Source of the DNA: an uncultured bacterium
GTDB taxonomy: Bacteria; Patescibacteriota; Minisyncoccia; UBA6257; 2-01-FULL-56-20
Reading direction: 5' to 3'
Assembly (NCBI GenBank): GCA_963844965.1
Contig: CAWJQC010000004.1
Location: forward strand, 96,001 to 160,000
Length of the DNA stretch: 64,000 nucleotides
Shown here: piece by piece, positions 1-8,554 of the stretch
How the letters are laid out: every line of letters begins with the position of its first letter
Position numbering within the stretch: the first letter of the stretch is position 1
Notes under the pieces: model-generated
Seen by the model: the letters and a program-made list of their open reading frames with translations, nothing else
Database searches by the model: none
Told to the model about the DNA's origin: nothing
Program-made: the position numbers and the translations under genes

Positions 1-14
1 AACACCTGAAAAAA

Positions 15-1913
15 ATGATCTCGGAACTGCCATACGAACTCACGTTTTCGCAAAAGAAATCATTGTGGGAAATCATCCAGGACCTCGCCAAAAAACAGCC
101 GATGAACCGCCTGCTCCAGGGCGACGTGGGCTCCGGCAAGACGGTTGTCGCGGCGCTCGCCGCGGTAATTACCGCGGAAAACGGGCTGCAGACCGCGTTT
201 ATGGCGCCAACCGAGGTTCTCGCGAGACAGCATTTTGAAACATTGAAAAAATTATTCGCCGGAATTCCCTCGATCCATCAACCCGTAGTTGGGCTTCTCA
301 CGTCAAGCGAAGCAAAAATCCTCTACGCGACAGACCTTGAATCAAAAATCAAAAAACCGGAGTTGCAGGAAAAAATAAAAAACGGCGAGGTAAAAATAGC
401 CATCGGCACGCACGCTTTGATACAAAAAGACGTGGCGTTCGGCAATCTTGCCTTTATCATCATTGACGAACAGCATAGATTCGGCGTCTCACAACGAGCT
501 GCGCTCGTTCGCGGACAGACGCAGAATGATAATACGCGGACAGACGCTGAACAACTACTATACGAAAAAACGACGTTTGAGATAAGAAAAAGTCTGTTTG
601 AGGTGAGAAAACAACTGGGCCTTGGTCATAAAGAAGTGGTGTATCAGAAAGCATTGGAGGAGGAGTTCAAGAAATCCGGTGTAATATTTGAGAAAGAAAA
701 GAAAATTCCTGTCGTTTATAACAAGAAAAAGATTGGCGTTTATCAACCGGATTTTGTCATAGATAATGAAGTAATTTTGGAACTTAAGGCTCTTCCCTTT
801 ATCGGCGGCATCGAAAAAAAACAGCTGTGGAATTATTTGAGGGGTTCGGATTACAAACTCGCGCTTATGGCAAACTTTGGACCGGAAAGATTATCCATAG
901 AGCGGGTAGTATACGATATTGCGCGGAGTCGGCGGCTGTCAGCGTCCGGTCAGCAACTGTCCGCGCCTATCCCCCACCTCCTCTCAATGTCCGCCACGCC
1001 AATCCCACGCACGCTCATGCTCACCGTCTTCGGCGATTTGGATATATCGCTCATCACCGAACTTCCCGCCGGCAGAAAAAATATCGTAACAAAAATAATC
1101 CCCCCACGGGGCAGGAGCGAAGCCTATGAATTCATCCGCGGCGAAGTGAGGGCCAGCCGGCAGGTTTTTGTCATCTGCCCCCGCATTGACAAACCGCAGA
1201 CAGGCGCAGACCACACGCAGACAAACGCAGACAAGACACAGACAGACGCAGACAATTTTCAGCGGCTGTCTGCGTCAAGTCAGCGACTGTCCGCGTTAAG
1301 TCCACGTAAGTCCGCGTTAGTGTGGGAAGTAAGATCCGTGAAAGAAGAATTTGAAAAATTATCCAAGAAAATTTTTCCGGATTTGCGCGTCGCCATGCTC
1401 CACGGCCAGCTCAAGCCAAAAGAAAAAGCGGGTATCATGAAGGACTTCCGCAACTACAAAATAGATATTCTCGTTTCAACTTCCGTCGTGGAAGTTGGCG
1501 TGGACGTGCCGAACGCAACAATAATGATGATTGAAGGCGCCGATCGCTTCGGGCTGGCTCAGATCTACCAATTCCGCGGACGCGTGGGGCGCGGCGAACA
1601 CCAATCCTATTGCTTCCTGTTCACGGATTCGTCCGCCAAAACTACGCGCGAGCGGCTGCAGGCCGTCCTTGAAGCCAAGAACGGCTTTGAGCTCGCCGAG
1701 AAGGACCTGAAGATCCGCGGTCCCGGCGAATTCCTCGGCACGGCGCAGACCGGCTTTCCCGACACGGCGATGAGCGGCCTCATGAACCCGGAGCTCGTGA
1801 AAGCAAGCCGCGAAGCGGCGGCAAAAATCGTCCAAAAAGATCCGCTTTTCAAAAATTATCCGCTCCTGAAAACCAAATTAAACGAGTTCCGGAAGGAAAT
1901 CCACTTGGAGTAG
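15..1913 (+). CDS. recG: RecG-like ATP-dependent DNA helicase, helicase core only (N-terminal wedge domain lies upstream of the window); carries three in-frame insertions
   Basis: Walker A GDVGSGKT, IIDEQHRFGV (DEQH), SATPIPRTL, QFRGRVGRG motifs. About 150 extra aa between motifs II and III. Confidence 0.85.
   Translation: MISELPYELTFSQKKSLWEIIQDLAKKQPMNRLLQGDVGSGKTVVAALAAVITAENGLQTAFMAPTEVLARQHFETLKKLFAGIPSIHQPVVGLLTSSEAKILYATDLESKIKKPELQEKIKNGEVKIAIGTHALIQKDVAFGNLAFIIIDEQHRFGVSQRAALVRGQTQNDNTRTDAEQLLYEKTTFEIRKSLFEVRKQLGLGHKEVVYQKALEEEFKKSGVIFEKEKKIPVVYNKKKIGVYQPDFVIDNEVILELKALPFIGGIEKKQLWNYLRGSDYKLALMANFGPERLSIERVVYDIARSRRLSASGQQLSAPIPHLLSMSATPIPRTLMLTVFGDLDISLITELPAGRKNIVTKIIPPRGRSEAYEFIRGEVRASRQVFVICPRIDKPQTGADHTQTNADKTQTDADNFQRLSASSQRLSALSPRKSALVWEVRSVKEEFEKLSKKIFPDLRVAMLHGQLKPKEKAGIMKDFRNYKIDILVSTSVVEVGVDVPNATIMMIEGADRFGLAQIYQFRGRVGRGEHQSYCFLFTDSSAKTTRERLQAVLEAKNGFELAEKDLKIRGPGEFLGTAQTGFPDTAMSGLMNPELVKASREAAAKIVQKDPLFKNYPLLKTKLNEFRKEIHLE
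505..555. repeat. GCGGACAGACGC-type palindromic oligo-repeat, in frame in recG (left flank of GxxExxY insert)
   Basis: gcggacagacgcag...cgcggacagacgctg; same motif family recurs at 926, 1196, 15287, 24724 and 24919. Confidence 0.6.
575..880 (+). other. GxxExxY / PD-(D/E)XK-like (PDDEXK_3) domain inserted in frame inside recG
   Basis: LGLGHKEVVYQKAL...ILELKAL...LANFG matches the GxxExxY family signature. Sits between helicase motifs II and III and is bracketed by oligo-repeats at 505-555 and 926-967. Confidence 0.6.
926..967. repeat. oligo-repeat (inverted orientation: ggctgtc...gtccgcg), right flank of GxxExxY insert in recG
   Basis: gagtcggcggctgtcagcgtccggtcagcaactgtccgcgcc. Confidence 0.55.
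1196..1320. repeat. compound GCAGAC/GTCTGC palindromic repeat block, in frame in recG (encodes TQTNADKTQTDADNFQRLSASSQRLSALSPRKSAL)
   Basis: gcagacaaacgcagacaagacacagacagacgcagac followed by inverted copies gctgtctgcgtc, gactgtccgcg, gtaagtccgcg. Confidence 0.6.
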
Positions 1914-2179
1914 TGCCTTCGGTAAAAATGCTTTTCGGTAAAACTCGTTTTCAAACGACCGTCCGCTCATTCCGACAATCAATAGGCGGTAGCAGTGCCG
2001 CAAACGCCGTTCAGATAATTTTGAAGCGTTGCTTCCCAAGCATAATCGTTGCCAGCGGCGCAGAAGTGGGACAAGTGGCTCCACTTGTTACCTATTTCAC
2101 ATAAGCCTGCGTTTCCTTCCGATGCTCTGCCGGATTCTTTTGATCGGCTCTCGCTATTTTCGTGGAACTTGTTATGTCA

Positions 2180-3139
2180 CTACTGCTCCATATGACCGAC
2201 AAGGGTGCATGTATAAAAGTTACCAGTGCATTGGGATGAATTAGTAACATCCCAACAAGTTGAATAAGTCTCCAGCGCGCCACTACAAGGAGTGGTATTA
2301 GCGCATGAACTGTTGTAGTAACGAATATAAGTCATATACTGCGGGCAGAAGTAAATCGGCGTCCCGCCTGTAACTTTAAGAGTGCCGGGAATGATGACGT
2401 TGCCGTTTGCTAGAACCTGTATAGCTGCTCCGGTTGTAGTAGCTGTACCAGTATTCGGCATACTGCCGCCAATACCGACGTTGCCGGCATAGTTGATGAC
2501 TAATTTATTTGATTCTGCCGCACTAGGATAATTTCCCACCATAAGCATGGCGCCCTGATTAACATCGCCCACATCGAGCAGCACCGCATCCGCATTGGTC
2601 GTAGCCGCGGTGCCGTAGAACGTGCCGGTATTGGTATCCCTGTTCTGCTCGAACTGGGTGCCGTAATCACCGGTGTTATACAAGAACGAATAGGTGGGAT
2701 TACTAAAATCGCTGTACATCTCAAGGCCGGGGCCGGTACCGGCAGTATTTGAATATGCATAAAATTGATAGTTGGCGGGCGCCGCCGCTCCCACCCCGAT
2801 TCCGGAGGTGAATAAACCTCCTCCAGTTACCGTCAGTTTCTGGGTCGGCGCCGTATTCCCGATGCCGACGTTGCCGGAGGAATTCCAAATACCGGTGCCA
2901 GGCATCGTAACGTTGCCAGTAAAGGTCGGGCTCGCTAAAAGCGCCGCTCCGGTAACCTGCGCTACCCCGTAGTCACCAGATGCCGCCACCACGGCTCCGG
3001 TTCCGCCAAATACCGAGGTGACGCCGCCGCTCGGCCAAGCCGTGATGCAATTCGCCCCGGAGATGCAATATTGAGTGGCGTTTGCGGTAACCGTTGACGT
3101 ACAGAGCGTACCCTCCGCCTGAGTTTGTGAAATACCCAC
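2180..3139 (-). CDS. C-terminal part of tail-fibre-like surface protein 1 (Cys-rich C-terminus; joined to 2973-4625 by an apparent frameshift near 3125-3140)
   Basis: GNVGIGNTAP motif continues; ORF overlaps the upstream ORF in another frame. Confidence 0.5.
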   Translation of the reverse strand: MGISQTQAEGTLCTSTVTANATQYCISGANCITAWPSGGVTSVFGGTGAVVAASGDYGVAQVTGAALLASPTFTGNVTMPGTGIWNSSGNVGIGNTAPTQKLTVTGGGLFTSGIGVGAAAPANYQFYAYSNTAGTGPGLEMYSDFSNPTYSFLYNTGDYGTQFEQNRDTNTGTFYGTAATTNADAVLLDVGDVNQGAMLMVGNYPSAAESNKLVINYAGNVGIGGSMPNTGTATTTGAAIQVLANGNVIIPGTLKVTGGTPIYFCPQYMTYIRYYNSSCANTTPCSGALETYSTCWDVTNSSQCTGNFYTCTLVGHMEQ

Positions 3140-4625
3140 CGTAGCCGCCGGAGTTGGTGGCTAATCCATAAACTCCTACGCCGTTACCTGCCGCTGACTG
3201 TCCGGCAACCCCTACCCAGTAAGAAGCGCCGACCTGTCCGCCGAGAATCCCATTCGTTGTGGCGTTGCTATTATTTCCCGTTACCGAGCCGACCCATGAT
3301 GAATTGACGGCGCTCGTGAAACTGCCTACGCCAGCAACAACCAACGGATATGCCGGCGTCGTCGTCCCGATGCCGACGTTGCCGTTCGTGATGGAGAAAT
3401 ATGGACCACCCCCCATCCCAGTGCCAAGCGCCAAATTGAGGCCATAAGATTGTGACGTCAAATCAGCGTATGTAAATGCTCCGTTGCTGGTGGTGAACTT
3501 TATCCAATCTACGTTTGACCCGTTTGTATTGTCTAGCCGTAAGGTAGACGTACTTCCACTCTGAATATCAAGTTTTGCGACCGGCGCCGTGTTCCCGATG
3601 CCGACGTTGCCGTTGTTATTTATAAACAAGGCGGGTGACGCGCCGGATGAGTCAGAACCCTGAGTCAAAAAGGCCATTGGAGAACCGTTACTGCCGATCC
3701 GGGCCCAGTTCGCAACTGCTGCCGGTCCAAGCTGTAGCAAGGCATCGGTACCGTTAGATGTCAAGTCAAACTTGGCGAATTTTGACCCGTTCACGACATG
3801 CAACGTCGTTGCCGGCGACGCCGTCCCGATGCCGACGTTGCCGCCATATGCAAGCGTCATTATTTGGGAGTACCAACTGCTGGGGTTCTGATACCCAATC
3901 GTCAAGACCGAATTATCTGACGCTGGTGCAAAAACATACCCATTATTACTGCCAGCCATATCGCGGAGCTTGAAGGCTCCAAAGACATCAAGTGTATTTT
4001 GTGGTGACGGCGTCCCGATGCCGACCGAGCCCGAGAAATACCCGCCGCCGTAGACGGAGAGGGCCTGCGGCAAGTTGCTGGCGGAGGATGTGGTAACGCC
4101 CAGAGCGGAAGAAACAAACACACTGTGGGGGAACCCGTAGGGAACGCCGGAATCGGCCTCTAGAGAATTGAACACCGCGGGCGTGACATAGCCGGCGTTG
4201 ACGGTCCCGTTAAAATTGCCGTGGATCGTGCCGTTCACGTCAAGCTGGTAGCCAGGCGACGCCGTCCCGATGCCGACAGAACCGTCATTGCGCACGACAA
4301 GTATGGGCGACGAATTCGGATAAAGGATCTTCAATGTGTAATTCGCGGCATCAGCGGACGAAGAAGCAACGATGAGGAGTTTGGTTTCCGGCAGAGGCGT
4401 GGGCGTACCAACGCCCAGATTCCCAGCCGCATTAGTGCTTACCGCTCCCGAACCGAAACCGGGGGTGGGAGGAGGAGAGGCAAACGCGTAGTAGGTAGTA
4501 GGTAGTAGGTAGTAGGTAGTAGCGAGAATGACGAAAAACAAAACGTGCGGCGCAAAACTCGGACGCACACCGTAAAACTTGCGGCGGAGCTTTTGCTGTT
4601 TTTGGAACAAATCTGCGTCCATCAT
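2973..4625 (-). CDS. tail-fibre-like surface protein 1 (N-terminal part; paralog of 8555-11680)
   Basis: N-terminus about 95% identical to gene 8555-11680. KQQKLRRKF plus hydrophobic anchor, TTYYLLPTTYY, repeated NGNVGIGT(A/T)SP motifs. Block 3346-3850 is near-identical to 9464-9960. Confidence 0.6.
   Translation of the reverse strand: MMDADLFQKQQKLRRKFYGVRPSFAPHVLFFVILATTYYLLPTTYYAFASPPPTPGFGSGAVSTNAAGNLGVGTPTPLPETKLLIVASSSADAANYTLKILYPNSSPILVVRNDGSVGIGTASPGYQLDVNGTIHGNFNGTVNAGYVTPAVFNSLEADSGVPYGFPHSVFVSSALGVTTSSASNLPQALSVYGGGYFSGSVGIGTPSPQNTLDVFGAFKLRDMAGSNNGYVFAPASDNSVLTIGYQNPSSWYSQIMTLAYGGNVGIGTASPATTLHVVNGSKFAKFDLTSNGTDALLQLGPAAVANWARIGSNGSPMAFLTQGSDSSGASPALFINNNGNVGIGNTAPVAKLDIQSGSTSTLRLDNTNGSNVDWIKFTTSNGAFTYADLTSQSYGLNLALGTGMGGGPYFSITNGNVGIGTTTPAYPLVVAGVGSFTSAVNSSWVGSVTGNNSNATTNGILGGQVGASYWVGVAGQSAAGNGVGVYGLATNSGGYGGYFTNSGGGYALYVNGYRKRHSILHLRGELHHGLAERRRHLGIWRNRSRGGGIW
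4488..4521. repeat. (GGTAGTA)n heptamer array inside the signal-peptide region of surface protein 1
   Basis: gtaggtagtaggtagtaggtagtaggtagtag encodes TTYYLLPTTYY. Confidence 0.8.
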
Positions 4626-4633
4626 AATAATTT

Positions 4634-4658
4634 ACTACCTACTACCTACTACCTACCG
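4634..4658. repeat. (TACTACC)n heptamer array in the 5' leader of surface protein 1
   Basis: tactacctactacctactacctacc immediately 5' of ATG at 4625. Confidence 0.8.
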
Positions 4659-4661
4659 CTT

Positions 4662-4745
4662 TTAATTGTTTCGGGGCGACAATCTCATAGCTTTATTATA
4701 TAAGAACAGGGAAAGATATGTAGAAAGGGGTGTGCATAGGCGCGA
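4662..4745 (-). promoter_or_regulatory. conserved leader module (TATATAAT -10-like box) plus remnant mini-ORF ATGAGATTGTCGCCCCGAAACAATTAA, shared with locus at 12308-12915
   Basis: catagctttattatataagaacagggaaaga(c/t)atgta(a/g)aagggg recurs at 12846-12915. ttgttt(c/t)ggggcgacaa recurs at 12308. Confidence 0.45.
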
Positions 4746-4859
4746 AAACTGCCCGAGCGGCGGCCGCAAATTTCCCGGCCATCCGGGATATAAAAAAGGC
4801 TCTCGCGAGGAATTGCGAATTGCGAATCCTCACGAGAGCCAAACATACCGGAGGGGAAT

Positions 4860-5567
4860 CTAGTGGCCGACGATGGGTGGAAGACCGGCCTGGTAGCGGC
4901 GGTAATTCCCCATGTACCGGTCCGCCACCTGAATATTCCGCACGCCGTACCAAACGTGAACCGTGCTAAGGTAACCGGCAAAGCCGATGCTTGCGAGACG
5001 CTCGGCCCTCACCATTCTCCTGCCCCACTTATGTCCCCCCCATTTATGCTCTGTCCAGCGAGGGATAGCCGAAGAAAAGTAGGAAAAAACGACATCGAAC
5101 GCCGAGGCGCTCCCTAACACCCCAGCAATATTGCGATTGCCAAATTGGGTATATAGGGAGTCCGTCTCACGGGGGCCCTGCTGGCTAGCATAACGCAAAC
5201 CGTTGCTAGCGACGTACTCTGGAATAAAGGGTGGCGTAGAGAGGGAACGGAACGTGGTTATGTTGTCAAACGCAAATGGCCCGCGCTCAACACCCCACAT
5301 CCAAGCCTGTGTCCTCTCAAGCTTGCTCTGGTCCCGGTTTAACTTGCCGCCAGGCCAAGCCATAACCCTAAACACCTTATCAAAGGTTGATGGCTCAACC
5401 GGTGCCGCCGAACGCAAGGGCGAGATAGCGGGTGCGAGTGCCGGTGCAGACGCGGCGGATGCCGCCACGGGCGTTGACGCTAAGGGCAGTTCGGTAAGAC
5501 CGTCTGCCGGAAACGCGCGAACCGAAATGATTGTCAAGATTGTCAACAAAAGCACCAGTCGCTTCAT
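4860..5567 (-). CDS. secreted hypothetical protein
   Basis: Signal peptide MKRLVLLLTILTIISVRA followed by an Ala/Pro-rich linker; no recognisable domain. Confidence 0.4.
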   Translation of the reverse strand: MKRLVLLLTILTIISVRAFPADGLTELPLASTPVAASAASAPALAPAISPLRSAAPVEPSTFDKVFRVMAWPGGKLNRDQSKLERTQAWMWGVERGPFAFDNITTFRSLSTPPFIPEYVASNGLRYASQQGPRETDSLYTQFGNRNIAGVLGSASAFDVVFSYFSSAIPRWTEHKWGGHKWGRRMVRAERLASIGFAGYLSTVHVWYGVRNIQVADRYMGNYRRYQAGLPPIVGH

Positions 5568-5791
5568 AACGACCTCCTCAAAAAGATTTAATTTAATTGC
5601 GCAAAGCAATTTGGCTACTCCCAAGAATAACCAAATCGCTTTGCGCAAGCAATATATTCATTTTTCAAGATACTTGCCTATCTATGCTAATTATAGCACA
5701 AATAAACAACCTGTCAACCCCCACCTTTTTCCGAAAAGGTGGGGGTCAAGTGGCCGCGGCGGCTGACCCGCTGAAGCGACGATACCCTACA

Positions 5792-6046
5792 ACTCATAAA
5801 TCTCATCTCGCTTGCCTATTTTGAGTATATAAATTGCGCCATTTCTAACGTCAAATACCAACCTATAATCGCCCACGCGAAATCTGAACTCCCCGCCGCG
5901 GTTGTCAGCCAAACGCTTGGCAAACCTCAACGGATTATCCTCTGACGCATAAATGCGCATCTTCTTTGCTTTGCGATGCGCACTTGAACTTCTCTCGGCA
6001 GGGATTCCAACTGCTTAGCCGCCCGCTTGGCATAGAAAATCTTCGT
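5792..6046 (-). pseudogene. RelE/ParE-family toxin, decayed copy (start ATG->ACG plus 5-nt insertion)
   Basis: Aligned to intact copy 7812-8066: cttcgttaca vs cttcattaca, and ttctttgctttgcgatg vs ttcttcgcgatg. Confidence 0.6.
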
Positions 6047-6222
6047 TACAATCCCAACTTCTTAAACAGCTTATCCTGCGATATAGTTTTTTTTGCCTTG
6101 ATTTCTTTTCTCGCTTCGCGGACATCCAAAATATGCGCGAGGTAGCCAAGCAGGGCGCCGAAGCGAGCATCCGTTTTCCTCAAACGCTCGTATTCTTGTT
6201 TTGGTATAGTAACCGTGGTCAT
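6046..6222 (-). CDS. type II antitoxin (58 aa, MTTVTIPKQEYERLRKTDARF...), copy A
   Basis: Identical to 8066-8242; lies immediately upstream of the RelE-like toxin with a 1-nt TAATG overlap. Confidence 0.55.
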   Translation of the reverse strand: MTTVTIPKQEYERLRKTDARFGALLGYLAHILDVREARKEIKAKKTISQDKLFKKLGL

Positions 6223-6345
6223 ATAAGTGCATTATAGTAAACCGGCGGCGGATATCAACCCCCACACCAAACGAGGACTTTCCGGGTCCCGCGCCGAAGG
6301 CGCATGTCCTCGTTAGGATTCTCGATAGGAATTGCCGGTGCGACA

Positions 6346-6564
6346 TTACAACAGAGAAACAAACTGCTCCGGTGCAAGTTCGGCATCACGTAGTATTTTG
6401 CGAAGCAGAGAAACATCCACTGCCTTATAGTTCGGCACCGTTACGGATTTCTTGCCGGGACAGGACAAACGAATATGGCTGCCGCGCTGGCGAACTTCGC
6501 GATAACCGAACTTTGCCAAAGCAGAAATAATCTTGCGGCCGGAGATAACAGGCAGTTTAGACAT
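6346..6564 (-). CDS. hicA: HicA-family toxin (mRNA interferase)
   Basis: 72 aa, RGSHIRL motif, paired with upstream HicB. Confidence 0.7.
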   Translation of the reverse strand: MSKLPVISGRKIISALAKFGYREVRQRGSHIRLSCPGKKSVTVPNYKAVDVSLLRKILRDAELAPEQFVSLL

Positions 6565-6570
6565 GACGAG

Positions 6571-6822
6571 CTATACGGCAATTGTATGTAAGCTGATTTC
6601 CTGCGGCTTGTAATCCTGCAAAATTTGCCTGGACTGCTTTTCTTCCAAAATAAGCATTATAACCTCTCGGATATTGCGGAGCGCCTCGTCAATCGTCTTG
6701 CCCTGCGCATAACATCCTTCAAAAACAGGGCATTCAACAACATAAAACCCGCTCTCTCCTTTTTCGGCGAGGAGCGGCAATTGCCGGCCGCGGCCTATAA
6801 ATTTTGCTCTTGTTCTTGCCAT
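6571..6822 (-). CDS. hicB: HicB-family antitoxin
   Basis: FYVVECPVFEGCYAQGKTIDEALRNIREVI. Listed ORF extends to 6840; MARTRAKF is the likely start. Confidence 0.65.
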   Translation of the reverse strand: MARTRAKFIGRGRQLPLLAEKGESGFYVVECPVFEGCYAQGKTIDEALRNIREVIMLILEEKQSRQILQDYKPQEISLHTIAV

Positions 6823-7101
6823 AGTGAAATAATACCACAACCCTTTAGGCGGTCAAGTGAAATTGGTAGCCAAAATCGCCCTGCCACACTAAAACCCCTT
6901 TAAATTCTTCCAGCAAGCAAACTGCCCGCGCTTTTCCGCGCGGGCTTTTTTTAAATCCCCGCTGAATACCCAGCCGAGACGTGGCGGAGACGAAACAGTG
7001 AGATATCTTTCTTTCCTCGCTTCGCAAGAAATCTTGCCGTTCCTCCGCGAGCCAATATCTACGGCCCCCGGCTGGAGGGATGAAATGAAATGGACGCTCA
7101 A

Positions 7102-7296
7102 CTATTTCTGTTTAATCTCTCTAATACCGAGGTCCCGGCAGATTTTCTTTGCCAAAAATTCATTGATTTCGCTATGGCGGGGCACCGTAGACGAACGTCT
7201 GACTTTGGGGTTAAAAAAGACGCTGTGCTTGGCGCCTTCCCGAACAAAAACACACCCCTCATGCTCAATGTGGCAAATTAAAACAACTCGCTTCAT
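7102..7296 (-). CDS. hicA: HicA-family toxin, second pair
   Basis: 64 aa, HSEINEFLAKKICRDLGI, YcfA/HicA-like. Confidence 0.65.
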   Translation of the reverse strand: MKRVVLICHIEHEGCVFVREGAKHSVFFNPKVRRSSTVPRHSEINEFLAKKICRDLGIREIKQK

Positions 7297-7299
7297 TCA

Positions 7300-7515
7300 T
7301 CAAACTGTAAGCAGCTGCCGCGTCAACTTCTGTTTGCCGGCCTCGGCATCAGCCAGCGCCCGGTTGGTTTCCAAAATTAGCCGAAGCGCTTCTTTAAGAT
7401 TTTCTTTTACTTCCTTCACGCTTTTCCCTTGAGTATTTACCCCGGGCACTTCCTCTATCCAGCCGACATACCATTTACCGCTTTTTTTAAACACGGCTGT
7501 AAATTTGTATTTCAT
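7300..7515 (-). CDS. hicB: HicB-family antitoxin, second pair
   Basis: MKYKFTAVFKKSGKWYVGWIEEVPGVNTQGKSVKEVKENLKEAL. The longer listed ORF (to 7626) probably has an artefactual N-terminal extension. Confidence 0.6.
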   Translation of the reverse strand: MKYKFTAVFKKSGKWYVGWIEEVPGVNTQGKSVKEVKENLKEALRLILETNRALADAEAGKQKLTRQLLTV

Positions 7516-7811
7516 GACTGCCATACATTTAAGATAATCCCAAAGCATGTAGCTGTCAACTCCTCTCAACTCCCGAGAAAACCCAGATGGCGAGCTTCTC
7601 CCTGCCTCGATAGGGTAGAAAAACAACTCAAACAGCCCAACGAAATTCGTTGGGCTGGATTTTTTTAACCAATGGCGTCACCCGCCGTTGAATTCCTTAA
7701 TATCTTTTGGCGAACACCGTTTAAACTACCTGTCAACCCCCACCTTTTTTCCGAAAAGGCGGGGGTCAAGCGGCCGCGGCGGCTGACCCGCTGAGCTGAA
7801 GCGACGATACC

Positions 7812-8066
7812 CTACAACTCATAAATCTCATCTCGCTTGCCTATTTTGAGTATATAAATTGCGCCATTTCTAACGTCAAATACCAACCTATAATCGCCCA
7901 CGCGAAATCTGAACTCCCCGCCGCGGTTATCAGCCAAACGCTTGGCAAACCTCAACGGATTATCCTCTGACGCATAAAAGCGCATCTTCTTCGCGATGCG
8001 CATTTGAACTTCTCTCGGCAGGGATTCCAACCGCTTAGCCGCCCGCTTGGCATAGAAAATCTTCAT
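7812..8066 (-). CDS. RelE/ParE-family toxin (intact copy)
   Basis: 84 aa, ...RFRVGDYRLVFDVRNGAIYILKIGKRDEIY, typical RelE/ParE C-terminus. Confidence 0.7.
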   Translation of the reverse strand: MKIFYAKRAAKRLESLPREVQMRIAKKMRFYASEDNPLRFAKRLADNRGGEFRFRVGDYRLVFDVRNGAIYILKIGKRDEIYEL

Positions 8067-8242
8067 TACAATCCCAACTTCTTAAACAGCTTATCCTGCG
8101 ATATAGTTTTTTTTGCCTTGATTTCTTTTCTCGCTTCGCGGACATCCAAAATATGCGCGAGGTAGCCAAGCAGGGCGCCGAAGCGAGCATCCGTTTTCCT
8201 CAAACGCTCGTATTCTTGTTTTGGTATAGTAACCGTGGTCAT
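8066..8242 (-). CDS. type II antitoxin, copy B
   Basis: 58-aa ORF below the 60-aa track cutoff; stop overlaps toxin ATG (TAATG). Confidence 0.55.
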   Translation of the reverse strand: MTTVTIPKQEYERLRKTDARFGALLGYLAHILDVREARKEIKAKKTISQDKLFKKLGL

Positions 8243-8274
8243 ATTAAGTGCATTATAGCAAACCGGCGGCGGAT

Positions 8275-8345
8275 GTCAACCCCCACACCAAACGAGGACG
8301 CGCGCCTTCGGCGCAGGACCCGGAAAGTCCTCGTTTGGTGTGGGG
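8275..8345. repeat. 20-bp-stem palindromic hairpin element (cccccacaccaaacgaggac / gtcctcgtttggtgtggggg)
   Basis: Perfect inverted repeat; related copies at ~6250-6310 and 33165-33235; second hairpin family cccccacctttttccgaaaaggtggggg at 5714 and 7733. Confidence 0.75.
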
Positions 8346-8554
8346 GTAAATTATGCCGAAAAAGCCGGAAGGAAAGATGCGATCTATGTTTCTCCCGCAA
8401 GAATACCCCCGCCGCAGGCGGGGGATGAATTGCGGTTCGAGAAACATAAACCCCGCCGATGGCGGGGTGAACTACCACCTAACATGCTGCATGTGCTAAG
8501 TATTTCGTGCGCAGCACGGCAGTTGAGATACCACCGCTGTGAGGCGGTGGTAGT

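Larger units (their letters stand above)
5704..6310. repeat. copy A of ~600-bp direct repeat (decayed RelE-like toxin + intact antitoxin + palindromic hairpins)
   Basis: Near-identical to 7729-8345 apart from a 5-nt indel and a start-codon change in the toxin. Confidence 0.85.
7729..8345. repeat. copy B of ~600-bp direct repeat (intact RelE-like toxin + antitoxin + hairpins)
   Basis: See 5704-6310. Confidence 0.85.

Noticed and set aside
6071-6346. ORF 6071-6346 (-) with Cys/Arg-rich translation
   Set aside because: It overlaps the conserved 58-aa antitoxin in another frame and spans the palindromic hairpin, so it is likely spurious.
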